Part shown: positions 37,305 to 46,103 of the stretch, in pieces
Numbering within the stretch: position 1 is the stretch's first letter
How the letters are laid out: every line of letters begins with the position of its first letter
Source: Thermoplasmata archaeon
Lineage (GTDB): Archaea; Thermoplasmatota; Thermoplasmata; UBA10834
Direction of reading: 5' to 3'
Assembly: GCA_041548485.1 (NCBI GenBank)
Contig: JBFESP010000001.1
Location: 72,835-136,834 of the forward strand
DNA: 64,000 bases
Position numbers and translations under genes: made by a program
Notes under the pieces: generated by a model
The model's input: only the letters and a program-made list of their open reading frames with translations
Database searches by the model: none
What the model was told of the DNA's origin: nothing

Positions 37305-38216
37305 CTAAGTGTGTGCCATCGTGGTCGACTTGTACCGTTCGTCTCCTGATGCCACCAGATAGACCGAGAGCAACACCAGAGCTGCGCCGAGTGCCGCGAG
37401 GGGTCTGAGGCTCTCCTCGAGGAGATACATAGAAATCACCAAGGCTGTGACAATCTCGAGCAGCATTATCGTGGCGGATGAAGTCGCGGATACGCCCTCA
37501 AGGCCCATGGCCCAGAGGAGTATGGCGACAGATGTGCACAGCACACCCAAGTAGATGATCGCAACCCACGCAGATGCCTCTATCGTGAAGTCCGCTCCTG
37601 CGAAGAAGAGGTAGGTCACCGGGATGAGGAGCCATACGGCGGAAGTTACGATAACCGAGGAACTGAGCTCCACTGCGGAGTGACGCGCAAGCATATTCTT
37701 GTTGAGGATGATGAAGACCGCCCATAGCCAACCGCATCCATAGACAAGCAGATCCCCGATGAACTCCGACCTGTTGAACGAGAAGCCACCGTCACCGGTG
37801 ATCAGTACGACACCCGCGACGCCAGAGGCGATGCCGAACGCTCTCTTCCAGCCTATCCGCTCGGAGAAGACGAAATAGGATATTATCGCGACCGCAACGA
37901 CGTTAATGTCAACCAGCAGCGCGGTCTTGGATGCTGTGGTGTAGTTCAGGCCGACGTACTGGGCGACGAAGGCCGCAGCGTTGACTCCTCCGATGAGCCA
38001 GACCATCGGCTTCCTCAGAACAGAGAATGAGAATCTCTTTAGCCAGAGCACTATCGAGAGCGTCACGACAGCGGCGACGACGAACCTCAACCACAGGAAG
38101 AAGACGTCGTTTCCCGCGTAGCCGAGGCCCCACTTCACGCCTGGGAAGGATGTGCCCCATATCAGGCTGGCGAACACTGTCAGCATGATCGCCGACGAAC
38201 GACCCCTGCGATCCAT
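37305..38216 (-). CDS. DMT-superfamily (EamA) transporter
   Basis: 303 aa with 10 TM helices and a duplicated EamA-domain architecture. Confidence 0.75.
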   Translation of the reverse strand: MDRRGRSSAIMLTVFASLIWGTSFPGVKWGLGYAGNDVFFLWLRFVVAAVVTLSIVLWLKRFSFSVLRKPMVWLIGGVNAAAFVAQYVGLNYTTASKTALLVDINVVAVAIISYFVFSERIGWKRAFGIASGVAGVVLITGDGGFSFNRSEFIGDLLVYGCGWLWAVFIILNKNMLARHSAVELSSSVIVTSAVWLLIPVTYLFFAGADFTIEASAWVAIIYLGVLCTSVAILLWAMGLEGVSATSSATIMLLEIVTALVISMYLLEESLRPLAALGAALVLLSVYLVASGDERYKSTTMAHT

Positions 38217-38248
38217 CGACGCGGAGAAGGTCTGAATGTATTAGAAAC

Positions 38249-39874
38249 CTACCTAGACGGTTCCTTTGGCAGGCTGACGTGGAACACACTGCCTTTGCCG
38301 ACCTGGCTCTCGACCCAGAGGCGTCCACCGTGGGCATCCACTATACCTTTCGATATCGGAAGGCTGAGGCCAATCCTGTTCACCTGGTGTGACAGATCGT
38401 CACTGGCTACGATGTAGAATCTGTCGAATATCTTACCGAGGTTCTCAAGCGGGATGCCAACCCCGTTGTCCATTATCCAAACGTGGATCATCCTGCCCTC
38501 GTCCCTTGCGCCGATCTGCACCCTGCCGCCCTCTTCCGTGTACTTGATGGAGTTGTCCAGGATGTTGTTGAACACGTCTCTGATCCTCCGTCTATCGGCG
38601 CTGATCAGGGGCAGCTCGCCCTCAACCTCGAGGGACAGGCTCTGCTTCTTCTCCACAGCGTCGTGGGACCGGGCCTTGACAACCTCCTCCAAGATGGTGT
38701 CGATCTTCGTAGGTTCGACACTGATCTGCAGGGCGCCTTTCTCAAGTCGGCTGACGTCGAGCATGCTCTCGACGAGTGCGTAGAGCTTGTCCGCGTTGAC
38801 CCGTATCGTCCTAAGCTTCTGAGAGAACTTGGGCTCAGTCGTGGAAGCGCACTCCGACTCTACAAGATCGAGATATCCCCTCATGACCGTCAGGGGCGTC
38901 CTCAGCTCGTGGGAAACCACGTCGATGAATTGTGACTTCATCTTGGTCACGCGCTCGAGCTCCTGATATGTCTGGATCAGCTTCTCGTACGATCTCTCGA
39001 GCTGACTCTGGAGGCGTATGTTCGACGTCACATCCATGGCCACCAACAGGGCTGATTCCGCGTCACCTGTCTCGGAGGCGATGGGCACGACCTTGACATG
39101 GAGATAGAACACCTTGTCGGGGACGGGGACGAAGTGCACCTCGTTCTTCTCGCCAGCGTGGCCATCAAACGCCTGCATGAGAAGGGCATCGAGTCCGGAC
39201 TTCACCACCGCCTGTATCTCGAAGACGCTCGTTCCTACCAGGTCCTGCTCAGATTCGCACGATAGGATGGCCAACATATGCCTGTTGGCAGACTGGATCA
39301 TACCTCTGGAGTCGACGGTCATCAGACCTATCGGCGCAGCGGACAGTACCTTGTCCGTCGCAAGCTTTGTCCTCGCAAGCCTGTGGGTCTCCCGCACATG
39401 ACCCAGGATGGGAGCTACGGAGTCGGACATCAGGGAGACAGCACCCGTCTCGGGCTCGGAGAACCGATGTCGCTCCTTCGTTCTGGCACCGATCAACAAG
39501 GCAATGAGTTCTCCACGGACGAACACTGGCCCGACGACCAGACATCCGAGGTGGAGGGCCTTGAACAGTTCCCGACCTCCCTCGGGGACCTCCTCCTCCC
39601 CGTCGATCAGAATCGCGGTGTTTCGCAACTCCCTCGCCAGACGTTCACGGACATCCGGTGTCACCAGGGCTTGAGGCAGCTTCGCCAGGCTGTGGCTATC
39701 CAACCCGTCCAATCCGACGAACCTCACTTCTGAGAATCCAGGCGAGTAGACCATGACCCCGGCGTAGTCCGCATCCGTCAGACGCCTGAGGGCCGAGGCA
39801 ATCAACGAATATGCGGTCTCGACATCCGGGCTCTCAGCGAGCTCCTTAGTCAATGAGGTGATTTCCCTGAGCAC
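38249..39874 (-). CDS. Orphan sensor histidine kinase with GAF and PAS domains. The start is uncertain; a GTG at 39874 is proposed.
   Basis: HisKA H-box VSHELRTPLTVMRGY and HATPase_c motifs (DNGVGI, GLSLPISKG). The longest-ORF start at 40063 would overlap the divergent gamma-CA start. Confidence 0.7.
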   Translation of the reverse strand: MLREITSLTKELAESPDVETAYSLIASALRRLTDADYAGVMVYSPGFSEVRFVGLDGLDSHSLAKLPQALVTPDVRERLARELRNTAILIDGEEEVPEGGRELFKALHLGCLVVGPVFVRGELIALLIGARTKERHRFSEPETGAVSLMSDSVAPILGHVRETHRLARTKLATDKVLSAAPIGLMTVDSRGMIQSANRHMLAILSCESEQDLVGTSVFEIQAVVKSGLDALLMQAFDGHAGEKNEVHFVPVPDKVFYLHVKVVPIASETGDAESALLVAMDVTSNIRLQSQLERSYEKLIQTYQELERVTKMKSQFIDVVSHELRTPLTVMRGYLDLVESECASTTEPKFSQKLRTIRVNADKLYALVESMLDVSRLEKGALQISVEPTKIDTILEEVVKARSHDAVEKKQSLSLEVEGELPLISADRRRIRDVFNNILDNSIKYTEEGGRVQIGARDEGRMIHVWIMDNGVGIPLENLGKIFDRFYIVASDDLSHQVNRIGLSLPISKGIVDAHGGRLWVESQVGKGSVFHVSLPKEPSR

Positions 39875-40055
39875 GTTGGCATCGTCGACAACTTCGCCGG
39901 GCAAGGGCCGCTCCTCCGTTCCGACCGGACAAGCAATGTAGGCGGATTTGGGGGGTCGTGCACTGATAAGGAACCTCCGCGGTATTAAATGTGTCCGGCG
40001 GAGTCCTGTTTGCCACGTGAAACATAATAATGCACGGACATCGATCCCTAGGCGT

Positions 40056-40595
40056 ATGTCCACGAGGAGCTACGGAGACAAGAGGCCAGAGATTCCCGCT
40101 AGCGCATACGTCGATCGGGATTCGATCCTGATCGGAGATGTCGTTCTTGAGGATGATGTCACTATCTGGCCGGGTGCCATTCTCAGGGGAGACGATGACA
40201 GGGTCATCATCCGGAAGGGGTCTGCGGTGATGGACGCGTCATTCGTCGAGGCACCCCGAGGAGGGCCGGTCACAGTGGGCCGCGATTGCATGATCTCTCA
40301 CGGGGCGAGACTGCATGGGTGCGTAATCGAAGACTGCGCACTGGTCGGAATCGGAGCCATAGTTCTCGATGGGGTGACGATAGGGAGAGGTTCGACAGTG
40401 GCTGCGGGCAGTGTGGTCACTCCTGGAACGACGATCCCATCGGGGTCCCTGGCTATGGGGACGCCGGCGAAGGTGGCGAGAGCGACCACCGACGACGAAG
40501 CCTCCTGGCTCGAGATGGAGCTCGGGAGGGTCAGGGAGAAAGCCAGGGTGTATGCTATTGCGGAGGGCGGACCGCGCGCTGCGCGCGTGACATGA
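40056..40595 (+). CDS. Gamma-class carbonic anhydrase family protein (left-handed beta-helix, hexapeptide repeats)
   Basis: 179 aa from ATG 40056 (MSTRSYGDKRPEIPASAYVDRDSILIGDV...), with hexapeptide repeats throughout. Confidence 0.8.
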   Translation: MSTRSYGDKRPEIPASAYVDRDSILIGDVVLEDDVTIWPGAILRGDDDRVIIRKGSAVMDASFVEAPRGGPVTVGRDCMISHGARLHGCVIEDCALVGIGAIVLDGVTIGRGSTVAAGSVVTPGTTIPSGSLAMGTPAKVARATTDDEASWLEMELGRVREKARVYAIAEGGPRAARVT

Positions 40596-40689
40596 CCACG
40601 GAGTATTCCCCCCTCACCGTCGGTATATGACATCTCCGCGAACGTTGTGATGTACGTTTTCGTACGTTGAGATATAACTTGAAATATCC

Positions 40690-40964
40690 GGAGATTCATC
40701 GAGTGCGGAGAGGTTCGGAGAAATCAGGGAGGGTTAGAACCTCGGTTCCTCAGGACGTGGAGTGTTTGGAGGTACATTTCGGAAAGCCCGTGGTCGCACG
40801 AGTGCGCAAGTGCAGGCTGGTCGTAGTCAAGGGCAAGCGTGCGCAGGACGATGAAGACCCACCCCGTATGGATGGTTGCTGACGGGGACTGAGGCCGGCG
40901 ATACAGCGTACAAGACTGACGCCCGGTCAACAGACGTTCAGAATCGGGCGTCTCGGGTGGAGAC
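40690..40964 (+). ncRNA. Candidate structured ncRNA in a 410-bp ORF-free locus. RNase P RNA is one hypothesis. Boundaries are approximate.
   Basis: A promoter-like GTACGTT x3 plus GATATAA sits at 40632-40668. An oligo-T (TTTATATAGTTTTT) sits at 40965-40979. GGAAAGCCCGUGG at 40781 and ACAGAcguucAGAAUCGGGCG at 40930-40950 resemble the two strands of RNase P helix P4. Confidence 0.3.
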
Positions 40965-41008
40965 TTTATATAGTTTTTGCGAAAAAGATATTCACCAGGC
41001 AAATCAAT

Positions 41009-41440
41009 ATGCGGTCGGAAGGGATAAAAATGTCATCTGGACAGAGTAACGAACCCCAACAGCAGGCACCGTACCCTGCGTACGGAATGCAGTATCAGCC
41101 GGCACACAGACCGCCGAGCGAATACATAAGGTCTTTCGCTTCGGATCTATGGCTAGCCCTCGGGGTCATCGCAGGATTGTTCCTGCTGATGATTGGATCC
41201 ATAGTCTACGGCGTCGCAGACACGAGCACGGGTATGGATGCGGGGATGGTCGTGAAGGCTCTCGGCCTGTTCGTAGTGGTCGCAGCCATGCTCCTCGGCG
41301 CGTTGCTGAGGAACGACATGAACAAGTGGGTGAGGGTGGCTCTTCTTCTGAGCGCGACTCTGCTCATAATACTGGTTGGATTCTGGGGACCGTTCTGGGG
41401 CCTGACCGTGAGCCTGAGCATCCCAGGAAGCCTCCTGTAA
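41009..41440 (+). CDS. Membrane protein with a Q/P-rich N-terminus and three TM helices, hypothetical. The start may be at 41030.
   Basis: 143 aa with hydrophobic segments LALGVIAGLFLLMIGSIVYG and others. Confidence 0.45.
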   Translation: MRSEGIKMSSGQSNEPQQQAPYPAYGMQYQPAHRPPSEYIRSFASDLWLALGVIAGLFLLMIGSIVYGVADTSTGMDAGMVVKALGLFVVVAAMLLGALLRNDMNKWVRVALLLSATLLIILVGFWGPFWGLTVSLSIPGSLL

Positions 41441-41445
41441 ACCCT

Positions 41446-41751
41446 TTATTTTCTCAGCCTTTTTCCTACTTTTTTCTCGACTGACTCCATCTTGGAGCGG
41501 AGCCCATCCTTGGCTCCTCTTCGATCATCGATCCTTATGGTCGTCAGGACCCGAGCACATGAGACGGTTGCTGCTTTGTGGCAGGTGGCGACCACCGCCA
41601 TGACCTCGTCGAAATCACCTTCGAGCACAGTGCCCATCGGGTTGAGCCGATAATCGACTCCGGACTCGTCCACAATCCTCAGGCAATCCGCAACGTACTG
41701 ACTCACGCTTTCACCTGCTCCGACCGGCACAACACTGAACTCCGCCAACAT
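41446..41751 (-). CDS. MTH1187/YkoF-family small protein (DUF77)
   Basis: About 101 aa from the internal ATG (MLAEFSVVPVGAGESVSQYVADC...), typical of the MTH1187 family. Confidence 0.6.
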   Translation of the reverse strand: MLAEFSVVPVGAGESVSQYVADCLRIVDESGVDYRLNPMGTVLEGDFDEVMAVVATCHKAATVSCARVLTTIRIDDRRGAKDGLRSKMESVEKKVGKRLRK

Positions 41752-41913
41752 ACTTGACCACCTGTATCCTCGCCTGAACCCCGTCGAGACCACACGGTCC
41801 CATGATTCCGAGCATGTCGCTCGTCGAAAGCCAAGGTATTTATACCTCGGCTATCTAAATGAAACCTCTGTTGCGAGAGCAAGGGGTTTTTTAGGTTCGG
41901 GGGCAAGTTTGTT

Positions 41914-42369
41914 ATGAAACGACGTGGGGAACCATTGAACGAATCCTTGAACATCATCACTAAGCTGAAGAAGTCCGACGTGAGCATCACCGACGCGACG
42001 TTGACGGTCGAGCATCTCACGAAAGCCATCAAGAACAGCATCGACAAACAGGGCATGCCGGAGGAGGAGGCGAGGGCGATGGCCCAGCATGTCATGAACT
42101 TCTTCGGCTACAGCGAGAGGATAATCGACAACGTGCTCGAGCCGGAGGACAGGGATGCATTCTATATGCTGGAGGACGCGGGCATCCTTACGACCGAGCG
42201 CGAGGAGACCACCCTGTACGACGGCAGGGAATGGCGCATCCACTACTGGATGTTCCACAAGGAGCGCATATCCGAGCTCATATACGGAAGGGGCAGGTCC
42301 CTGGATAACCTGGACGAGGGCGCCACGGTCTACGACGACATTCCCGAAGACATATGGTCGAGGGAATAG
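41914..42369 (+). CDS. Conserved hypothetical acidic protein
   Basis: 151 aa with no recognisable catalytic motif. The promoter region (41794-41913) is divergent with GGTATTTATACC. Confidence 0.45.
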   Translation: MKRRGEPLNESLNIITKLKKSDVSITDATLTVEHLTKAIKNSIDKQGMPEEEARAMAQHVMNFFGYSERIIDNVLEPEDRDAFYMLEDAGILTTEREETTLYDGREWRIHYWMFHKERISELIYGRGRSLDNLDEGATVYDDIPEDIWSRE

Positions 42370-42440
42370 GCCGGTCGTCGCCTATTTTCGCCAGTGCCGG
42401 GCAAAGCGTTTAGAGTGTACTTGTCGCTCGGGCCTCGTGT

Positions 42441-44390
42441 ATGTCGCAGGATGGCTTTCCGTACCGCCTCAGGCGAGGACAGGACAGGCTCATCGACCTC
42501 GTTCGCTCGGCGTGTGAGTGTCGAGGCCATCTTGTTGTCGAGAGCGGGACGGGTACTGGAAAGACCGTGTGCTCACTGCACGGCGCCCTGGACGTGTGTC
42601 GCCGTCGGGGGAAGAAGCTGCTCTATCTGACACGCACGAACTCTCAGCAGCGTCAGGTCATGCACGAGCTGCGTGGCATCAAGGGTCCCCGGAAGCACTT
42701 CGGCATTGCCCTCCAGGGAAGGAGGAGCATGTGTCCCCTGGCGAAGGTCGACCCCGAGCTGGCCGACGGCAACCCCGAGGAACTCTCGAAGGTATGCGGT
42801 GAGAGGAAGGCCAGGGTCATACGCGGAGAGGAGGGGGCGTGCGTGTACTTCGCGTCGGTCATGTCGCAAGACATGCAGGAGGTGACGAAGCATCTCAGGA
42901 GGGAGCTTCCTACCGCGGAGGAATTCGCGGATTACTGTCAGGAACGGACCCTCTGCCCGTACGAGGCGACGAAGATGCACATCCCCGCGGCGGACATGGT
43001 CGCGGCGCCGTACATCATGTTCTTCGATGGATTCATAAGACACACGCTCCTCGATTGGATGGGGTGCTCCCTGAGTGATGTCGCCCTGATCGTGGACGAG
43101 GCGCACAACCTGCCGGCGTACGCTCGTGAGCTGAAGTCCTCCAGACTCTCCGAGGTCACCCTGAGGCTGGCAGAGAGCGAGATCGATGAGTTCGGTGACC
43201 CAGAGGTGGCGGATGGAACGAGCATGAGCGACCTGGTCGGCCTTCTCGGCAACTCGCTGGAACGGGCAGTGGAGGAGTATCTCATCGACGAGGACGGAAT
43301 CATCCCTCAGTCCTTCCTGGAGGAGGAACTGATGTTCGGAACCCGTCAGACCAGTACGAAGCTGAATGGTGTCTTCTCCCAGCTGAGCAACTACGGTGAG
43401 ATGGTACGAGACGCCCGTAAGGGTGCTGGGAGGCTACCGAGGTCGTACATACACAGGATGGCGGGTTTCCTCACTCTCTGGCACACCCTGGAGGAGGGGG
43501 AGTACGTCAAGCTGGTGGTGAAATCCGACACGAGCGCATTCGAGGCATACTGCCTCGATGCGTCGATTGCCTGCAAGCCCGTGCTCGAGTGTCACTCCAG
43601 CGTACACATGTCGGGCACTTTGAGGCCGCTTGACGACTATGTCCTGTCCTTGGGACTTCCGAGGGATTCCGTGCGGGTGGAGATCGAGTCGCCTTTCCCC
43701 CCGCATAACAGGAGGATAATCTTCGTCGACGACGTCACGACCAGACACGAAGACCTGGAACGGGACCCCGCCATCGTCAATCGGATCGCAGACCACATTT
43801 CATCGATCGTATCGGCCTGCAGGAGGAACACGATCGTGTTCTACCCGTCGTACGCAACCATGCACAGAGTCAGCGCTCTCGTGGACGCCGCCGAGGGGAT
43901 TCAGGTCTACATGGAGGAGCGTTCGATGGGGCAGGGAGACCTCGCGGACACCGTCCAGCAGTTCAGATCCGCACGGGGGGATGCGGTGATGCACGCCGTC
44001 TCTGGCGGACGGATCAGCGAGGGTATCGATTTCCCCGGCGACGAGATGGAGTTGGCGATAATCGTGGGGATACCTTACCCGAAACCCACATCCCGCCAAC
44101 GCGCGCTCCAGTACTTCTGCGAGATCAAGTTCGGAGACGGCTGGGCACATGCCGTCAAGGCGCCCACTGCCAGGAAGCTGCTCCAGGCCGTAGGCAGGTT
44201 GATACGGTCGGATACGGACAGAGGCATGGCCGTCGTGCTGGACAGAAGGGCGGCACAGTTCGAGGACGTGTTGAGCGCCTCGAGGTGCGACCGGCCCGCG
44301 GGCGCCGTGCTCGACTTCTTCTCTCAAGAGTCGACGGAGGGCCACACCTCATCGGGGGCGTGCGAGAGGCTGCGTCCCGGACGTGGATGA
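42441..44390 (+). CDS. xpd: XPD/Rad3-family 5'-3' DNA helicase with an FeS domain
   Basis: 649 aa. Walker A ESGTGTGKT, four FeS Cys (CPLAK...C...C...C), DEAH box IVDEAHNL, C-terminal helicase motifs. Confidence 0.85.
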   Translation: MSQDGFPYRLRRGQDRLIDLVRSACECRGHLVVESGTGTGKTVCSLHGALDVCRRRGKKLLYLTRTNSQQRQVMHELRGIKGPRKHFGIALQGRRSMCPLAKVDPELADGNPEELSKVCGERKARVIRGEEGACVYFASVMSQDMQEVTKHLRRELPTAEEFADYCQERTLCPYEATKMHIPAADMVAAPYIMFFDGFIRHTLLDWMGCSLSDVALIVDEAHNLPAYARELKSSRLSEVTLRLAESEIDEFGDPEVADGTSMSDLVGLLGNSLERAVEEYLIDEDGIIPQSFLEEELMFGTRQTSTKLNGVFSQLSNYGEMVRDARKGAGRLPRSYIHRMAGFLTLWHTLEEGEYVKLVVKSDTSAFEAYCLDASIACKPVLECHSSVHMSGTLRPLDDYVLSLGLPRDSVRVEIESPFPPHNRRIIFVDDVTTRHEDLERDPAIVNRIADHISSIVSACRRNTIVFYPSYATMHRVSALVDAAEGIQVYMEERSMGQGDLADTVQQFRSARGDAVMHAVSGGRISEGIDFPGDEMELAIIVGIPYPKPTSRQRALQYFCEIKFGDGWAHAVKAPTARKLLQAVGRLIRSDTDRGMAVVLDRRAAQFEDVLSASRCDRPAGAVLDFFSQESTEGHTSSGACERLRPGRG

Positions 44391-44472
44391 GCCAACGTCG
44401 ACACGACGGCCCCGGGGGAGAGGGTCGCCTTGCGTTTCAGTTATAATGCACTTCTGCAATATGCCCCCGAAG

Positions 44473-45036
44473 ATGTCCCCTCTAGAGGCGGCCTTTGCAG
44501 GCCTGTGGTTGATGCTGCCAGCCCTTATACCCAACCCAGCCGCCGTCCTTGTCGGTGGAGGGACTCCCATGGACCTCGGAAGGACCTGGAGGGGGCGGCG
44601 GATCCTCGGAGACGGCAAGACGTGGAGGGGGTTCATCGGGGGAACGACCTGCGGTGCACTGTTCGGGGTCCTCCAGATCGGCGTTGGACAGGCGGCGGAA
44701 CTCGGAGACTCCTGGACTTTCGGTGAATGGCCTGTCGCCTTGGTGGCTGTGCTTTGCCTGAGCTTCGGTTCTATGATCGGGGACAGCATGGGGTCGTTCG
44801 TGAAGAGGAGATTCGGGGTCGACAGGGGGTTCAAAGCGCCTGGGCTGGACCAGTACAACTTCGTGGTGGGGGCGGTGATTCTGCTGATGATATTCCGATT
44901 CGATTGGTTCGACCAGCACTACATCGCGGGCGACGCGATATGGGGCCTCGTCGCACTCCTCGTAACCGTCCCTCTCCTGCATCGCGGGATCAACATAATA
45001 GGTTATAAGATGGGAAAGAAGAATGTGCCTTGGTAA
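44473..45036 (+). CDS. carS: CDP-archaeol synthase (CDP-2,3-bis-O-geranylgeranyl-sn-glycerol synthase, CarS). The start could be 44461 or 44446.
   Basis: The motif ILGDGKTWRGFIGG and a hydrophobic N-terminus LWLMLPALIPNPAAV are typical of CarS (DUF46). Confidence 0.75.
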   Translation: MSPLEAAFAGLWLMLPALIPNPAAVLVGGGTPMDLGRTWRGRRILGDGKTWRGFIGGTTCGALFGVLQIGVGQAAELGDSWTFGEWPVALVAVLCLSFGSMIGDSMGSFVKRRFGVDRGFKAPGLDQYNFVVGAVILLMIFRFDWFDQHYIAGDAIWGLVALLVTVPLLHRGINIIGYKMGKKNVPW

Positions 45037-45048
45037 GGTGACGGTAGC

Positions 45049-45549
45049 ATGCTCAGGCGGATGTTGATGGACCTCAAAGTCGTGGAGACTGGTGACTTCG
45101 TCCTCGCCTCCGGGAAGAGGAGCAGCTACTTCGTGAACATCAAGAGGGCGAGCACGGACCCAATCGTTCTGAGAGAGATCGCCAAGGTGATGGCGCCGCA
45201 CATCGAAGACAACAAGATAGCCGGTATGGCACTCGGAGCGGTCCCTCTCGCCGTGGCGGTCGCCCTGGAAACTGGACGGCCGTACGTGATAGTGCGCAAG
45301 GAAGCGAAGGACCACGGGACGAAGGAGCTCGTCGAGGGCGAAGTGCGTGAAGGGGACGAGTTCGTGGTAGTCGAAGACGTCGCCACAACGGGCGGGTCCA
45401 CGATGAGGGTCGTCCGCGCATTGAGGGAGAAGGGAGCCGCGGTCTCCAAGGCCGTCGTCGTCGTTGACAGGGAGGAGGGCGCTTCCTCCGTCCTTTCCAG
45501 CAACGGTGTCGAGCTGATATCACTCTTCAGAGCCAAGGACCTAACATGA
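45049..45549 (+). CDS. pyrE: Type-I phosphoribosyltransferase, orotate phosphoribosyltransferase-like
   Basis: 166 aa. PRPP-binding motif FVVVEDVATTGGS. Confidence 0.6.
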   Translation: MLRRMLMDLKVVETGDFVLASGKRSSYFVNIKRASTDPIVLREIAKVMAPHIEDNKIAGMALGAVPLAVAVALETGRPYVIVRKEAKDHGTKELVEGEVREGDEFVVVEDVATTGGSTMRVVRALREKGAAVSKAVVVVDREEGASSVLSSNGVELISLFRAKDLT

Positions 45550-46100
45550 CATCACATGGGTACACGCTGACGGACTGCAGGAAATGCCGTCTATGGACCG
45601 GGAGGGCCAACATAGTGAACGGGACAGGACCGCGCGGCGCCAGGGTAGTCTTCGTGGGCGAGGCCCCCGGCCGTGACGAGGACCTCTCGGGCGAGCCGTT
45701 CGTCGGAAGTGCTGGTAGGATACTGAACGAGGCACTCGAGGAGGCGGGTGTTGACAGGGGGGAGGTCTACATAACGAATCTCGTGCGGTGCAGACCCCCC
45801 GGGAACAGGAGACCGAGACGGGACGAGCTCCACGCGTGCTCCGAGCACCTGAGCCGTGAGCTGGCGCCAATGAACCCCGTGGTCATATGCGCGATGGGGC
45901 AGACGGTCGCCCGCAGCCTCTTCGAGACCTCGGAGAACATGGCTGATGTAGCTGGCAAGGAGATCCCCCTGGAGATGGGTGCAAGGAGATTTCGAGGGAT
46001 GATTGCGTACCACCCGGCCGCGTGCCTATATCGCAGGGCCAATCTGGATTCGTTCAGGTCGACAGTGAGGGAGAGCCTCAGAATGGCTGGGATGGTGTGA
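45546..46100 (+). CDS. udg: Uracil-DNA glycosylase, family 4 (FeS-containing)
   Basis: 184 aa. N-terminal Cys cluster (CRKCRLW), GEAPG motif (VGEAPGRDED), F-x-G-x-AG. Confidence 0.8.
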   Translation: MTSHGYTLTDCRKCRLWTGRANIVNGTGPRGARVVFVGEAPGRDEDLSGEPFVGSAGRILNEALEEAGVDRGEVYITNLVRCRPPGNRRPRRDELHACSEHLSRELAPMNPVVICAMGQTVARSLFETSENMADVAGKEIPLEMGARRFRGMIAYHPAACLYRRANLDSFRSTVRESLRMAGMV

Positions 46101-46103
46101 TTC

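Noticed and set aside
40061-40063. GTG at the 5' end of the longest histidine-kinase ORF as the start codon
   Set aside because: It would overlap the divergently transcribed gamma-CA start codon at 40056-40058. An internal start is more plausible.
40667-40882. 71-aa basic ORF inside the 410-bp non-coding locus
   Set aside because: It has no RBS and low complexity. The region has promoter and terminator signals, and RNA-like conserved elements fit an ncRNA interpretation better.
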